Translations under genes and position numbers: made by a program
Assembly (NCBI GenBank): GCA_013203475.1
Contig: JABMNV010000189.1
Span: 19,217-83,216 of the forward strand
Source: Acidobacteriota bacterium
GTDB lineage: Bacteria > Acidobacteriota > Vicinamibacteria > Vicinamibacterales > SCN-69-37
Direction: 5' to 3'
DNA: 64,000 nucleotides
Part shown: one piece after another, positions 19,986 to 30,500 of the stretch
Position numbering within the stretch: the stretch's first letter is position 1
How the letters are laid out: the number at the start of each line of letters is the position of its first letter
The notes under the pieces: model-generated
What the model saw: only the letters and a program-made list of their open reading frames with translations
Databases searched by the model: none
Told to the model about the DNA's origin: nothing

Positions 19986-21077
19986 ATGCGAATCCGAATC
20001 CCCGGCCTGGTTGGTGTGCTTCTGGTTATCGGCGTTCTCACCGGCGTGCCAACCGCTCAGGCACCAGTTCTGTCGCAGAACGTGGTCGTCATCACGATCG
20101 ACGGGTATCGGTGGCAGGAGATGTTTTCTGGTGCAGCCCTGGAATATTTCAAGCGAGACTCCAACGATCGGCCTGGCGCAATGGAACAGCGGTTCTGGCG
20201 GTCAAGCCCCCATGAGCGACGGGCGGTCCTGACGCCATTCCTGTGGAACGACGTGGCCACCACGGGTCAGATTTTTGGCGACCCCGGTGCTGGCAGTCGT
20301 GCCCACGTGACGAACGGACTGTGGTTTTCGTATCCCGGCTACAACGAGATGTTCGCCGGTGTGGCTGATTCGCGTATCGACAGCAACCGCAAGCTGCCCA
20401 ATCCCAACATCACGGTCCTTGAGTGGCTCAATTCCCGTCCAGGACTGAAGGGCAAAGTCGCCGCGTTTGGTGCGTGGGATGTGCTGCCGTTCATTCTGAA
20501 CACTGAGCGCAGTGGCATTCCTGTCGGGACGGGCTTCAAGCCGGTGCCCGCGCCTTCGACTGATCGCGAGCGGGCGATCAACGAGTTGGCGACTGACCTG
20601 CCGCCGTACTGGGGCTACGGCACTCTTGATGCGCCCATGGTCTACGCGTCGATTGAAGCGCTTCGGACGAGCCAGCCCCGAGTGCTCTACCTCATGCTTG
20701 GCGAAGGTGACGAGTGGGCGCACGAGAACAAGTACGATTTCTACCTCGAGTCGGCGCATCGATCTGACCAGTTCATCAGGCGGATCTGGGACACCCTGCA
20801 ATCGCTGCCCGCCTATGCCGGCAAGACAACCTTGCTGGTGACAACCGATCATGGTCGTGGCGCGACGGTGAAAGACTGGTCCGACCACGGGCGCGACGTG
20901 CCGGCCGCGGAGAACACCTGGTTTGCGGCCATCGGGCCGTCTGTGCCCGCGCTGGGCGTGCGACGCGATGTGACAGTGACGACCGCTCAGTTGGCCGCCA
21001 CGATTGCCGCCGTGATCGGCGAAGACTTCTCGGCCGTCGCGCCCAAGGCCGCGCCGCCTCTGCCGTTGCGCCGCTAG
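19986..21077 (+). CDS. Secreted alkaline-phosphatase-superfamily protein
   Basis: ITIDGYRWQE, FSYPGYNE, DEWAH and TTDHGRG motifs. Confidence 0.82.
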   Translation: MRIRIPGLVGVLLVIGVLTGVPTAQAPVLSQNVVVITIDGYRWQEMFSGAALEYFKRDSNDRPGAMEQRFWRSSPHERRAVLTPFLWNDVATTGQIFGDPGAGSRAHVTNGLWFSYPGYNEMFAGVADSRIDSNRKLPNPNITVLEWLNSRPGLKGKVAAFGAWDVLPFILNTERSGIPVGTGFKPVPAPSTDRERAINELATDLPPYWGYGTLDAPMVYASIEALRTSQPRVLYLMLGEGDEWAHENKYDFYLESAHRSDQFIRRIWDTLQSLPAYAGKTTLLVTTDHGRGATVKDWSDHGRDVPAAENTWFAAIGPSVPALGVRRDVTVTTAQLAATIAAVIGEDFSAVAPKAAPPLPLRR

Positions 21078-21101
21078 ATGGGGCTTGACCTACAATCACC
21101 G

Positions 21102-21875
21102 ATGATGACTCCTCGCTCTCACGGACGCCTATCGGACAAAATCGCCGTTGTCACCGGAGGCTCCCGTGGAATCGGTCGCGCGATCGTCGACAAATTCGCC
21201 GCAGAAGGTGCCACGGTCGTGAACCTGGACCTTGGCGAACCTGCGCCTGATCTTCCTGCGCTCGCTCTCTCCACGTTCATCCGAACCGACGTCACGAAGG
21301 AAGTCGAGGTGCAGTCGGCGATGGCGGCTGTCGTCGAGGCGCATGGCCGCATCGACATTTTGGTGAACAACGCAGGCGTCAACGCGTACTTCGACGCAGT
21401 CACCATGACTGAGGCGCAGTGGGACAGTGTGTTTGCCGTCGACCTCAAAGGCGCGTGGCTGTGCGCCAAACATGTGTTGCCCAACATGAAGGAACGCCGC
21501 GCGGGTTCGATCGTGAACATTGCGTCCATTCACGCGTCATTGACGATGGCCGGGATGTTTCCGTATGCGGCCGCCAAGTCTGGACTGGTGGGACTGACGC
21601 GCAGCCTGGCGCTCGACTATGCCCCTTTGGGTATTCGTGTGAATGCGGTGTCACCCGGTTGGACGCGGACCCATCTGGTTGAGGAGTGGTTCAGCCTGCA
21701 GCCCGATCCGGCGGCCGCTGAATCCAGCATCATGACTGCCCATCCGATGGGCCGAATCGCGACGCCGGACGAAGTGGCGAACCTCGTCGCATTTGTCGCT
21801 TCCGACGAAGCGTCGGCCATGACCGGCGCGTCTCTGGCTGCCGATTGCGGTCTCGGCATCCAGTTCGCAACGTAA
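21102..21875 (+). CDS. Short-chain dehydrogenase/reductase
   Basis: TGGSRGIG, NNAG, YAAAK; start uncertain (21078-21105). Confidence 0.92.
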   Translation: MMTPRSHGRLSDKIAVVTGGSRGIGRAIVDKFAAEGATVVNLDLGEPAPDLPALALSTFIRTDVTKEVEVQSAMAAVVEAHGRIDILVNNAGVNAYFDAVTMTEAQWDSVFAVDLKGAWLCAKHVLPNMKERRAGSIVNIASIHASLTMAGMFPYAAAKSGLVGLTRSLALDYAPLGIRVNAVSPGWTRTHLVEEWFSLQPDPAAAESSIMTAHPMGRIATPDEVANLVAFVASDEASAMTGASLAADCGLGIQFAT

Positions 21876-21896
21876 ACCCTGATACGGTGATCCCCT

Positions 21897-22808
21897 ATGT
21901 CGAACGCGGAATCTATCCTGACAAAACAATCGCTTCCCACTCGTGACGCCCACGACCACCCATCGTCGACCAAACGGTTTGACGACGGTGGCCAATATCG
22001 CGTTGAGATTCCGTCATGTGAAGGGCCGGCTGCGATGCAGGCCGTGATCAGCGAGGCGGCTGTTCGGCAGGTGCCCGTGCATCGCGTGAGCCAGGGCAGC
22101 GGCATCATGCTGCAGACGGACCACGAAATCAGTGAGATGTTGGCGCTCGGTCGGGAACACGGTATCGAGGTCTGTCTGTTCGTCGGCCCTCGAGCCAGTT
22201 GGGATACGGGCGCGCAAGCCGTGTCGAGCGCTGGTCGTGTACTGGGCGCCTCGCTTCGTGGCGCTGATCAACTCGGCTACGGCATTGATGATGTCTTGCA
22301 TGGTGTGAAATTGGGGCTCAAGTCGATCCTGGTTGGCGATCTTGGTCACCTCAAAGTGCTCGGCGACATGAAACGGGCCGGCGACTTGCCGAAGGAATTC
22401 GTCCTGAAAACCTCCGTCACAATCGCGGCGGCCAATCCCGCCTCGGCCCGGGTGCTCGAGGATCTTGGCGCGACGTCGATCAACTTGCCGGTTGACCTGT
22501 CGATCGCCCAGATCGCGGCGATTCGGCAGGCCATTGATACGCCCATCGATTTCTACGTCGAAAGCCCCGATGACTTTGGCGGCGGTGTGCGGCACTACGA
22601 GGCCCCGGCGCTGGTTCGCGTGGCCGCACCCATCTATTTGAAATACGGCATTCGGAATTCGCCGGGTTTGTATCCCAGCGGTATGCATATCGAGGGGATG
22701 GTTGTGAATTTGTCCAAAGAACGCGTCAGGCGCGCCGCGATCAGCCTGGCGCTGCTCAAGCGATACATGCCCGACGCCGTCGCCTCACCCTATGGAGTAC
22801 GCAGCTAG
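21897..22808 (+). CDS. U32-like TIM-barrel protein of unknown function
   Basis: YRVEIPS.EGP, VHRVSQGSG, LFVGPRASWD and PIYLK.G motifs, recalled from a family usually labelled U32 peptidase. Confidence 0.55.
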   Translation: MSNAESILTKQSLPTRDAHDHPSSTKRFDDGGQYRVEIPSCEGPAAMQAVISEAAVRQVPVHRVSQGSGIMLQTDHEISEMLALGREHGIEVCLFVGPRASWDTGAQAVSSAGRVLGASLRGADQLGYGIDDVLHGVKLGLKSILVGDLGHLKVLGDMKRAGDLPKEFVLKTSVTIAAANPASARVLEDLGATSINLPVDLSIAQIAAIRQAIDTPIDFYVESPDDFGGGVRHYEAPALVRVAAPIYLKYGIRNSPGLYPSGMHIEGMVVNLSKERVRRAAISLALLKRYMPDAVASPYGVRS

Positions 22809-24271
22809 TGATTCATTCAATTAATCCGCGGACCGGAGACCAACGTCAGCCTGTTCAGGAATCGTCGCCCCTGGACGTTCACGCCGCAGTCGAACGCGCA
22901 GAGGCAGCCGCGCGGGGCTATGCCCAGTTGCCGTTAGCCACACGTGCGGCGTTTCTCAGAGCCGCGGCCGACGCCCTCGAGGCGAATCGTGTCGCCATCG
23001 TCGAGACCGCCGACTTCGAGACAGGCCTTGGGCCTGCTCGGTTCAATAGCGAATTAGGCCGAACGACGGGCCAGCTTCGGGCGTTTGCCGACGTGGTGGA
23101 AAAGGGGAGTTTTCAGGGTGTCATCCACACGCCCGCGGATCCGGCTGCCACGCCTCCGTGTCCAGACCTCCGGCGTCTGCTCATTCCCATTGGGCCCGTC
23201 GGCGTCTTTACGCCCAGCAACTTTCCACTCGCGTTCGGCGTGGCCGGTGGCGATACGGCGTCGGCGCTGGCCGCAGGATGCACGGTCGTCGTGAAGGGCC
23301 ATCCGTCTCACCCCAATTCGTCGGCCCTGACCGCGCAGGCGTTTGTTGCCGCTGCCACACAGGTGGGAGCGCCCGATGACACGTTGACGCTGGTGCAGGG
23401 ACGTGCGCCCGAAGTGTCTCAGGCTCTGGTGAATGCCCCGGGCATCCGTGCGATTGCGTTCACCGGATCTGAGAGGGTTGGACGACTGCTGTACGACCTG
23501 GCCGCCGCGCGCGCAGAGCCAGTGCCGTTTTACGGCGAGCTGGGTAGTCTCAATCCGGTGTTCGTTGGAGCTGCGGCCGCGTCGGCGCGAGGTGCTGACA
23601 TTGCCAAGGGACTTGTCGCATCAATGACGTTGGGTTCGGGCCAGTTCTGTACAAAGCCCGGCGTCGTGTTTGTGCCGACCGGTCCGACAGGCGACGCGGT
23701 GGTGGCGTCGATGGTCGCCGCCGTCGCGACGCTTGAGCCTGCCGTCCTGCTCAACGAAGGCCTGCAGACCTCGCTCAACTCAAAGATCGCCGCCAGTCGC
23801 GGCGTCAGCGGTGTGAGCGAGTCGGTGGCCACAGTCCAGGTGCCGGACGCAGGATGCTTTGCTGCGCCACGGATGTTTGTTGTGGACGTGCGAACCTTCT
23901 TCGCGAGCCCGGCCCTTCGCGAAGAACACTTCGGTCCGGTCTCAATCGTCGTCCGATGCCATGCCGACGAAATGGCCGTCGCGGCGACCAACTTTGATGG
24001 CCAGTTGACCGCCACCATTCATGCCGACGCCGGCGATCTTGAGTGGGCGACCAAACTGCTTCCGGTGCTGGTGGACAAGGCCGGACGGATTGTCTGGAAC
24101 GGATATCCGACTGGCGTCTCGGTCGTGCCGGCCATGCACCATGGCGGTCCGTATCCGGCCAGCACCAACTCGTTGCACACGTCGGTGGGGACGACGGCCA
24201 TTCGGCGGTTCTTGCGGCCGGTCACGTTTCAGGACGTTCCGGAGGCGCTGCTGCCGTCCGCGCTCACCTAG
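22808..24271 (+). CDS. NADP+ aldehyde dehydrogenase (alpha-ketoglutarate semialdehyde dehydrogenase-like)
   Basis: SNFPLAF, KGHPSHP, FTGS, ELGSLNP, GQFCTKPG and HHGGPYPAS motifs. Confidence 0.88.
   Translation: MIHSINPRTGDQRQPVQESSPLDVHAAVERAEAAARGYAQLPLATRAAFLRAAADALEANRVAIVETADFETGLGPARFNSELGRTTGQLRAFADVVEKGSFQGVIHTPADPAATPPCPDLRRLLIPIGPVGVFTPSNFPLAFGVAGGDTASALAAGCTVVVKGHPSHPNSSALTAQAFVAAATQVGAPDDTLTLVQGRAPEVSQALVNAPGIRAIAFTGSERVGRLLYDLAAARAEPVPFYGELGSLNPVFVGAAAASARGADIAKGLVASMTLGSGQFCTKPGVVFVPTGPTGDAVVASMVAAVATLEPAVLLNEGLQTSLNSKIAASRGVSGVSESVATVQVPDAGCFAAPRMFVVDVRTFFASPALREEHFGPVSIVVRCHADEMAVAATNFDGQLTATIHADAGDLEWATKLLPVLVDKAGRIVWNGYPTGVSVVPAMHHGGPYPASTNSLHTSVGTTAIRRFLRPVTFQDVPEALLPSALT
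23325..23376 (+). repeat. 52-bp exact direct repeat, copy 1 (in ALDH)
   Basis: Identical to 25389-25440. Confidence 0.95.
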
Positions 24272-24275
24272 ACAG

Positions 24276-26316
24276 ATGGCCCGCACAAGAACTGCTTGGG
24301 TGTGGTTCGCGCCGCTGATGCTCGTGCCGGGGCTCGCTGCGCAGCAGGACGCCGGTCCAGGGACCGGAGTGATTCTGGGCAAGGTCATTAATGCGGAGAC
24401 CAAGTCGCCGCTGTCTGGGGTCTTGGTTGAGGTTGGGCCAGGGCGACGCCTCCGCGCCCTGACCGACAGCGAGGGACGCTATGTGTTCCGCCTGCTGCCA
24501 CCGGGTACCTAGTCGATTGCCGCCTCAACGGGCGGGAACGGCTTTGAGCCGTCCGGGTTTCTGCCGGCCAGCGCCGCGCCAACGGTCCGCTCCAGGATCT
24601 GACACTTCCCGCCGGTGGCGTCGTCGCCGATGCTGTGATTTCGCTCTGGAAGGGCGCCACGTTCGATGGAACGGTCTTCGACGAACGCAATGAACCGGTC
24701 GTCGGCATGGTTGTGTCCGCCGTACGACGGACGAGTGATGGCGTGTTGACCAGCGGTCCGACGACGCGCACGGATGATCGCGGTGCGTTCCACATCAGTG
24801 CGTTGTCGCCTGGTGCGTCTGTCGTGGTCGTGCCTCAAACCCAGGTGCTGCTCCCGGCCTCCACCGCGATCAGCCCCACATCCGATCCGCTGTTGAGCCG
24901 ACAGCTCGCAGCTGCAGGGGCGCCACCGCCCAGCCAGTCGGGCGTGGTCTTCGGGGGAGTGGTGTCGTCATCGACTGCCCCGGTGGCGGGCAATGCCCTG
25001 CAGGCAGCCAGTCAGAGTCGACATGTCTACCAATCGACATTTCATCCTGCCGCCACCACTCTTGAGAAGGCCAGGGTCGTCATGGTGACGAGCGGCGAGG
25101 CTGTGACCGGTGTCGATGTTCAGTTGGCGCCGGTCTCAGCGGTATCGGTCAGCGGAACGTTGCTGGACGTCGGCATGCCGGTCGCGAACTTCGGTGTGCG
25201 ACTGCTGCCGGCTGATACCAAGGACGGGTCAGAGGTGCTGGAGGTCTCGTGGACCGCGACCGATGTCTTGGGCAAATTCACCTTCCCGCTTGTGCCTGAG
25301 GGGCAGTATCGACTCTCTGCGCAACGACGGACGCGGGTGCCGTCGGCCGTGGCACCAAACGGCGCGGTGACGTATGCCGACCCGCCGTCCCTGACCGCGC
25401 AGGCGTTTGTTGCCGCTGCCACACAGGTGGGAGCGCCCGAAGTCGGTTCGACGATCAATCCCAAGGCCCCGGAGGTCAACCACTGACGAACGTTATGATT
25501 TCGGTGGTGAATACCCGCACGCGAAGCACGTGGACCAGCCCCGGCATGGTGCGCCCTGACGCCAATGGACACTTCAGCCTGTCGTCGTTTCCCGAAGGCG
25601 AGTACGCCTTCATTGGTCGCGGCACCGACAGCACCACTCCGGGCACGCGCGACATGCCCCTGTACGCTGAAGCACGGTTCATCATGGCTGGCGACGACCT
25701 GTCCGGCATCATCATTCAGTTCGAACAAGGTGTCTCGGTCGGAGGTCAGGTCGTCGTCGCCGAGGGCGACCCCGTTCCCAACGGCATGCAACTGCGCTTG
25801 ATGCCCGTCGGCAGCATTCCTGGATCGGCCGCCCCACCTGCCTCTCAGAGTGTACGCGATGATGGATCCTTCGAGTTCACGGGCGTGGCACCTGGGCGTT
25901 ATCGCCTGACGGCGATCGGGACCACCAATCTCACGCTCCGTTCAGCGCTCATCGGTGACACCGACACGCTTGATGACGCCTCCGAGGTGATTCCGCGCGG
26001 CGACGTGACCGGCATGCGCGTGGTGCTCACCTCGCGTCCGACGCAGATTGCGGGCACGTTGTTCGATGGCCTGGGCCGACCGGCGCCCGAGTACGCCGTG
26101 GTCGTCTTTTCGACCGACCGGGCACATTGGGCCAACGCTCCCCGGCGTATGACCGGCCTGGTGAAGTTGGACTCGCGTGGGCAATACCGCATCACAGGGC
26201 TGCCCGCGGGCACGTACTACTTGGCCGCCGTCACCGACGCAGAGCCGGCGGAGTTGTCCGATCCGCTGTTCCTTGAGCAACTGGCCACCGCCGCCGAGGT
26301 CAGTGACAGTCAGTAG
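24276..26316 (+). pseudogene. Carboxypeptidase-regulatory-like domain proteins, disrupted (probably two genes fused by deletion)
   Basis: Signal peptide; TDSEGRY and TDDRGAF repeats; TAG at 24510-12, frameshifts and a junction near 25440. Confidence 0.75.
25389..25440 (+). repeat. 52-bp exact direct repeat, copy 2 (in pseudogene)
   Basis: Identical to 23325-23376. Confidence 0.95.
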
Positions 26317-26504
26317 ATCACGACCTACCAGATGTGGATGCGTGCCGTGGGCGACGCCGCATGACCGAGCGCGCCGCGCAACTGGTCGAGTCTGTGTTTC
26401 CTGATGTGCCTGTCCATGGCGAATTGGTAAAACATCAATGAATCGCTCTGATGTTCTCGTCGGCTGAGCCGGTCGTTTGTGAGACAGCAACGGTCGCGGG
26501 CTCG

Positions 26505-26646
26505 ACCGTTTGCGCGACCGATTCAGGATCAGCAACTGGTGCTTGACCAAGAGAGATTCGGCCATCACTGAACGCAGACCGTCGGGCCCCAGAAGCCGCG
26601 CCAGCGTCGACAACATGTGAACCAGCAGAATCGTCAAGTCGCGCAT
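26505..26646 (-). pseudogene. Integrase-core-type transposase N-terminal fragment
   Basis: MRDLTILLVH…GLRSVMAESLLVKHQLLILNRSRKR. Confidence 0.6.
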
Positions 26647-26795
26647 GGGGCAAGTCTAGCGATCAGGTCCAGGACCACGACACTTGAAATATCATCGAAT
26701 TACGCGGCAGATAGTAATTCGCCACCCACAGGCGTCCGTGTACTACGGCGCGGCCGTGTTTCTCCGCGACATGGACCTGAATCGTGAAGTCGCAC

Positions 26796-27086
26796 TCAGG
26801 TGAGATACCGCTCAATCTCGAGCGCGCCGTGCAACACCCCGAGCACATCGATGTCGCGACTTGGCCTGATGAGATATGCGATGCGGTAATGACCGTAGAG
26901 CAGAATCCGAATATCACGATCGTCTCGGTAGCGATGACCGACCTCCGGGAAGGTCAACAGGATCTGGGCTCGCTGGTGAATGGCAGTCACGATCCGGTGG
27001 GCGGCGTCCGCATTGTTGGTTGCGATGTACTCGTGAATATCCTTCAACCAGCGCTGGGCTTCAGCCGTCCAGACTATTTCCGCCAC
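26796..27086 (-). CDS. RelE/ParE-family toxin
   Basis: IVWTAEAQRWLKDIHEYIA…FPEVG…YGHYRIAY…VLGVLHG. Confidence 0.88.
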   Translation of the reverse strand: MAEIVWTAEAQRWLKDIHEYIATNNADAAHRIVTAIHQRAQILLTFPEVGHRYRDDRDIRILLYGHYRIAYLIRPSRDIDVLGVLHGALEIERYLT

Positions 27087-27271
27087 GACTCGATGGTCCG
27101 CTTCATCGTGTCGTGCGACACCGTCCGACCGGCGTCGGCGTCCGCGAGCCCGCGGTCGACCATTCGGGCGAAGGCCAGTTCGCGAAGCAATTCATCGTAC
27201 GAACTGTCATCGGGTTGTTTGTCGATCAGTTCGATCATCTGGGCTTTCGGGGTGGCTACCTGTCCGCTCAT
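27074..27271 (-). CDS. Antitoxin paired with ParE
   Basis: LIDKQPDDSSYDELLRELAF…RGLAD…GRTVSH; overlaps the toxin start. Confidence 0.8.
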   Translation of the reverse strand: MSGQVATPKAQMIELIDKQPDDSSYDELLRELAFARMVDRGLADADAGRTVSHDTMKRTIESWRK

Positions 27272-27352
27272 GCCGACATTGTAGCCCGCACCACGACTCA
27301 GCGCAGGCCCCCCAAGGGTCGAAGAAAGGCACCGAATTCCAAGGCTGTACCG

Positions 27353-27481
27353 GTGCTCCCCCGCGATCTGCAACCCGCGAATATCAAGGTCCGAGCCGAT
27401 GGCACCGTCGACAAGCGCAGCGACTTGTGGGCATTCGCCGTCGTGCTGCTCGAGATGCTGACGGGCCGTCGCGTCGTCGAC
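27353..27481 (+). pseudogene. Ser/Thr kinase remnant with internal deletion
   Basis: RDLQPANIKVRADGTV (subdomain VIb) joined directly to DKRSDLWAF.VVLLEMLTG (subdomain IX). Confidence 0.75.
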
Positions 27482-27503
27482 GTGCCCGTCGGTCAACCGC
27501 CCG

Positions 27504-30500
27504 TCACCGACCGTGCGAGATCCGCTTGGACTGCACGTTGCCCCCGTCCAGGTCGCCGCTCACCTGAGCGACGACCTGACCGGCTGCATCACGAATCACA
27601 ATAGACACCGACTCGCGATGGCGACCCGGTTCACCTTCGTCGGATGCAAACACCTCAAACGTGTAGCCCGACTGGCCGTTCCACTGACCATTCCCCGAGA
27701 ACAGCACGGTGTCAATCTGCGGCGTCTGTCGCGACCGGTCACGGCCCGGCTGAATCGTCGCGTCGTCGCTGAAAGCCACAAACGTCACCGCCGTTGACCG
27801 GAACTTGTCGTCCTTCGGCTTCTGCTTCGACGACTTGCCCTTATCTGAATCCTTCGAGCTCTTCGAGTTCTTCGCGCTCTTGGAACTCTTATTGGACGAC
27901 GACCCGCCCTTGGAGGACACGTCGCCGTAGTCCACCGTCAGCGACAGGCTGCCGCGTTCGTCGCCCGACGCGCGTTCCCGCACATCGAACTTGAAGTCGT
28001 ACTTGTCGGCGCTATTCTTGATAAAGCCGTCGCCATGCATCTCACCTGGCGTCGTCACATCGGTGACCGTCACCGAAAACATCGACGTCGCCGTGTTGCC
28101 GGCGGCATCCGTCGCCGAGCACGTCACGGTCGATACACCAATCGGGAACGTCTCCCCCGACACCGGGCTGCACGTCGCCACACCCGCGCCATCGATCACA
28201 TCGTCAGTGACCGGTGCGTCGTAGCTCACCGCGACCCCGGCCGCACTGACCGCTTCCCCACCCGCAACATCAGCGTGAGCCGCAATGGTCGGTGCGGTTG
28301 TGTCGGCCACCGTGACCGTAAACATCGTTGACGACGAGTTGCCGGCGTTGTCGGTCGCCACGCAGGTCACCACATGCGCGCCCATGGCAAGTGCTGTCCC
28401 GGACACCGGGCTGCAGGCGATCGACAAGACACCAGAGTCGTCATCCACGGCCGTCGGCATCTGGCAACTGACCAGCGTCAGTGCACCGGTCGCCTCGACC
28501 GAGGACGACGCCGGCATGCCGCTGATGACTGGGCCGACAGAGTCAAACCCCTTGGTGTCGTCAGTCGGAAAGCGATCGTCGCCATCGAGCACGCCGTCGC
28601 CATCGGCGTTGAAGGGGTCCAGGCCCGCCGCCACTTCTTCCTCATTAGCGAGGCCATCGCCATCGGCGTCAGCATCAATACAGTCCGGCGTGCCGTCGTG
28701 GTCGAGGTCGGCGGCCAACCCCGTGACCGGATCCACCGAGCACAGCGCCTGCAGGTGGTCGAGCTGGCCGTCGTTGCCGATGTCGCCGTCGCACGCGTCG
28801 CCGATTCCATCCGCGTCCACATCCACCTGATCCGGGTTCTTGATGAAGTGACAGTTGTCCGTCACATCAAGGACCCCATCGTGGTCATCGTCATCGGACA
28901 GCGAGTCGTCGATGCCGTCACCATTGTCATCCGCATCACAGACATCGCCCAGGCCGTCGCGGTCGAAGTCGCCCTGGTCGGGGTTGGCGATCGCCGGGCA
29001 GTTATCGAACAGGTCACGCACGTCGTCCTGATCCTGATCCGGCGGCGACACGACCGTCACCTCGATGGGCTGGCCAACCGTCACCGTCTGTGTCCCCGAC
29101 GCACCCGTCACGGTGACGCTGCCCGTGTCGGACTCATTGACGATGCTGTAGGTGGTCATCCCGTTGGCGGTCGACACTTCGTCAAGGACGACCTGGCCGC
29201 CGTTCGAGATGGTCAAGAACGACGTACCGTCTTCGGTCAGACGCACCCGCACCTCGCCTTCTTTCGCACGAAGATGCAGCGACCCGCAGAAGAACGAGTA
29301 CGAGCCCGCCTCCGAGTCGACCACGTAGCGGCCACACGCCATGATGGTCAACGGGTCACTTGAGCCCTAGGCCACCGACACGTTGGTGTATCCGGGCTCG
29401 TCGACGTAGGTGTACCCGTTGCAACCACCCCAGACGCTCTTGTTGGAACAGTAGCGGTACGAGTAGGGCTCGGTGTTGTAGAGCCGGTAGAGCGACGTCC
29501 TGGCGCCGAACATGACTTCTCCGTTGACACTGATGCCTCTGGTGCCCCACTTGGCGCAGTAGGTCACGGTGTAGTACACGCGGCTCCATCCCCTGGTGTA
29601 GTACGTCTGGTAGCTGCGCCACGAGGTGCACGCGGTCTCGGTGCCGTAGCCGCTGAAGCGCGTATCCAGATTGGATCGCGGATTCCAGTCGATCGCGTTG
29701 TCGATGTGGTCACCGTCAATATCCGGATCGTTTACGTCCAGGAACCAGTCATTATCGTCGTTTGTGTCGTCGCAGTCAGCCCACCCGTCGCCGTCGTCAT
29801 CGTCGTCGCAGAGGTTGCCGAGGCCGTCACTGTCGGTGTCGAGCTGATCAGCGTTGGCGATCGCCGGACAATTGTCGACCGGGTCGATCGTGCAGTCGCC
29901 GTCCGTATCGGGCGGCGTGACCGTCACGGTGAAGGTCGCTGATGCGCTGTTGAGCGCCTCGTCCTGCGCCGTGCACGTGACGAGCGTGACCCCCACCGGG
30001 AAGAGGCTTCCTGATGCGGGCGCGCAAGTCACCGGTGCCGGCCCACTGAGGTCATCAACAGCCGACGGCGTGGAGAATGCGACCTCCACGCCTGCGGACG
30101 TCGGGGCGACCACGACCACATCGGTCGTGGCCTCAAACACCGGCGGCGTCGAGTCGGCCACGCACACCGTGTCGGTGGTCGATGTGGCCGACGCGGCAGT
30201 GAAGTAGCCTGCGTCGCAGACCGAGGCGACCGTGCAGGACGTGGCGCCTTCGGTAGAGCTGAACGTGCCGGCTTCGCAGACTGTGGCGGCGGCCGCGCCC
30301 ACCTAAGCCACGTAGGTGCCAGCCGGCGCCAGCAGACATGACGTCTGCCCCTGGTTCGGCTGATACGTCCCGAGAGCACAGGCACTGGCAGTTGCCGCGC
30401 CTTCGATATCCACGTAGGTACCGGCCGACGAGGGCTGACAGGCCGCCGCACCGTGGATATCCGAGAACGTGCCCACCGCGCAGGCGATGGCTTCGGTCGC

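Noticed and set aside
27810..27920. Ser/Lys-rich low-complexity tract
   Set aside because: In-frame linker of the surface protein, not a DNA repeat element
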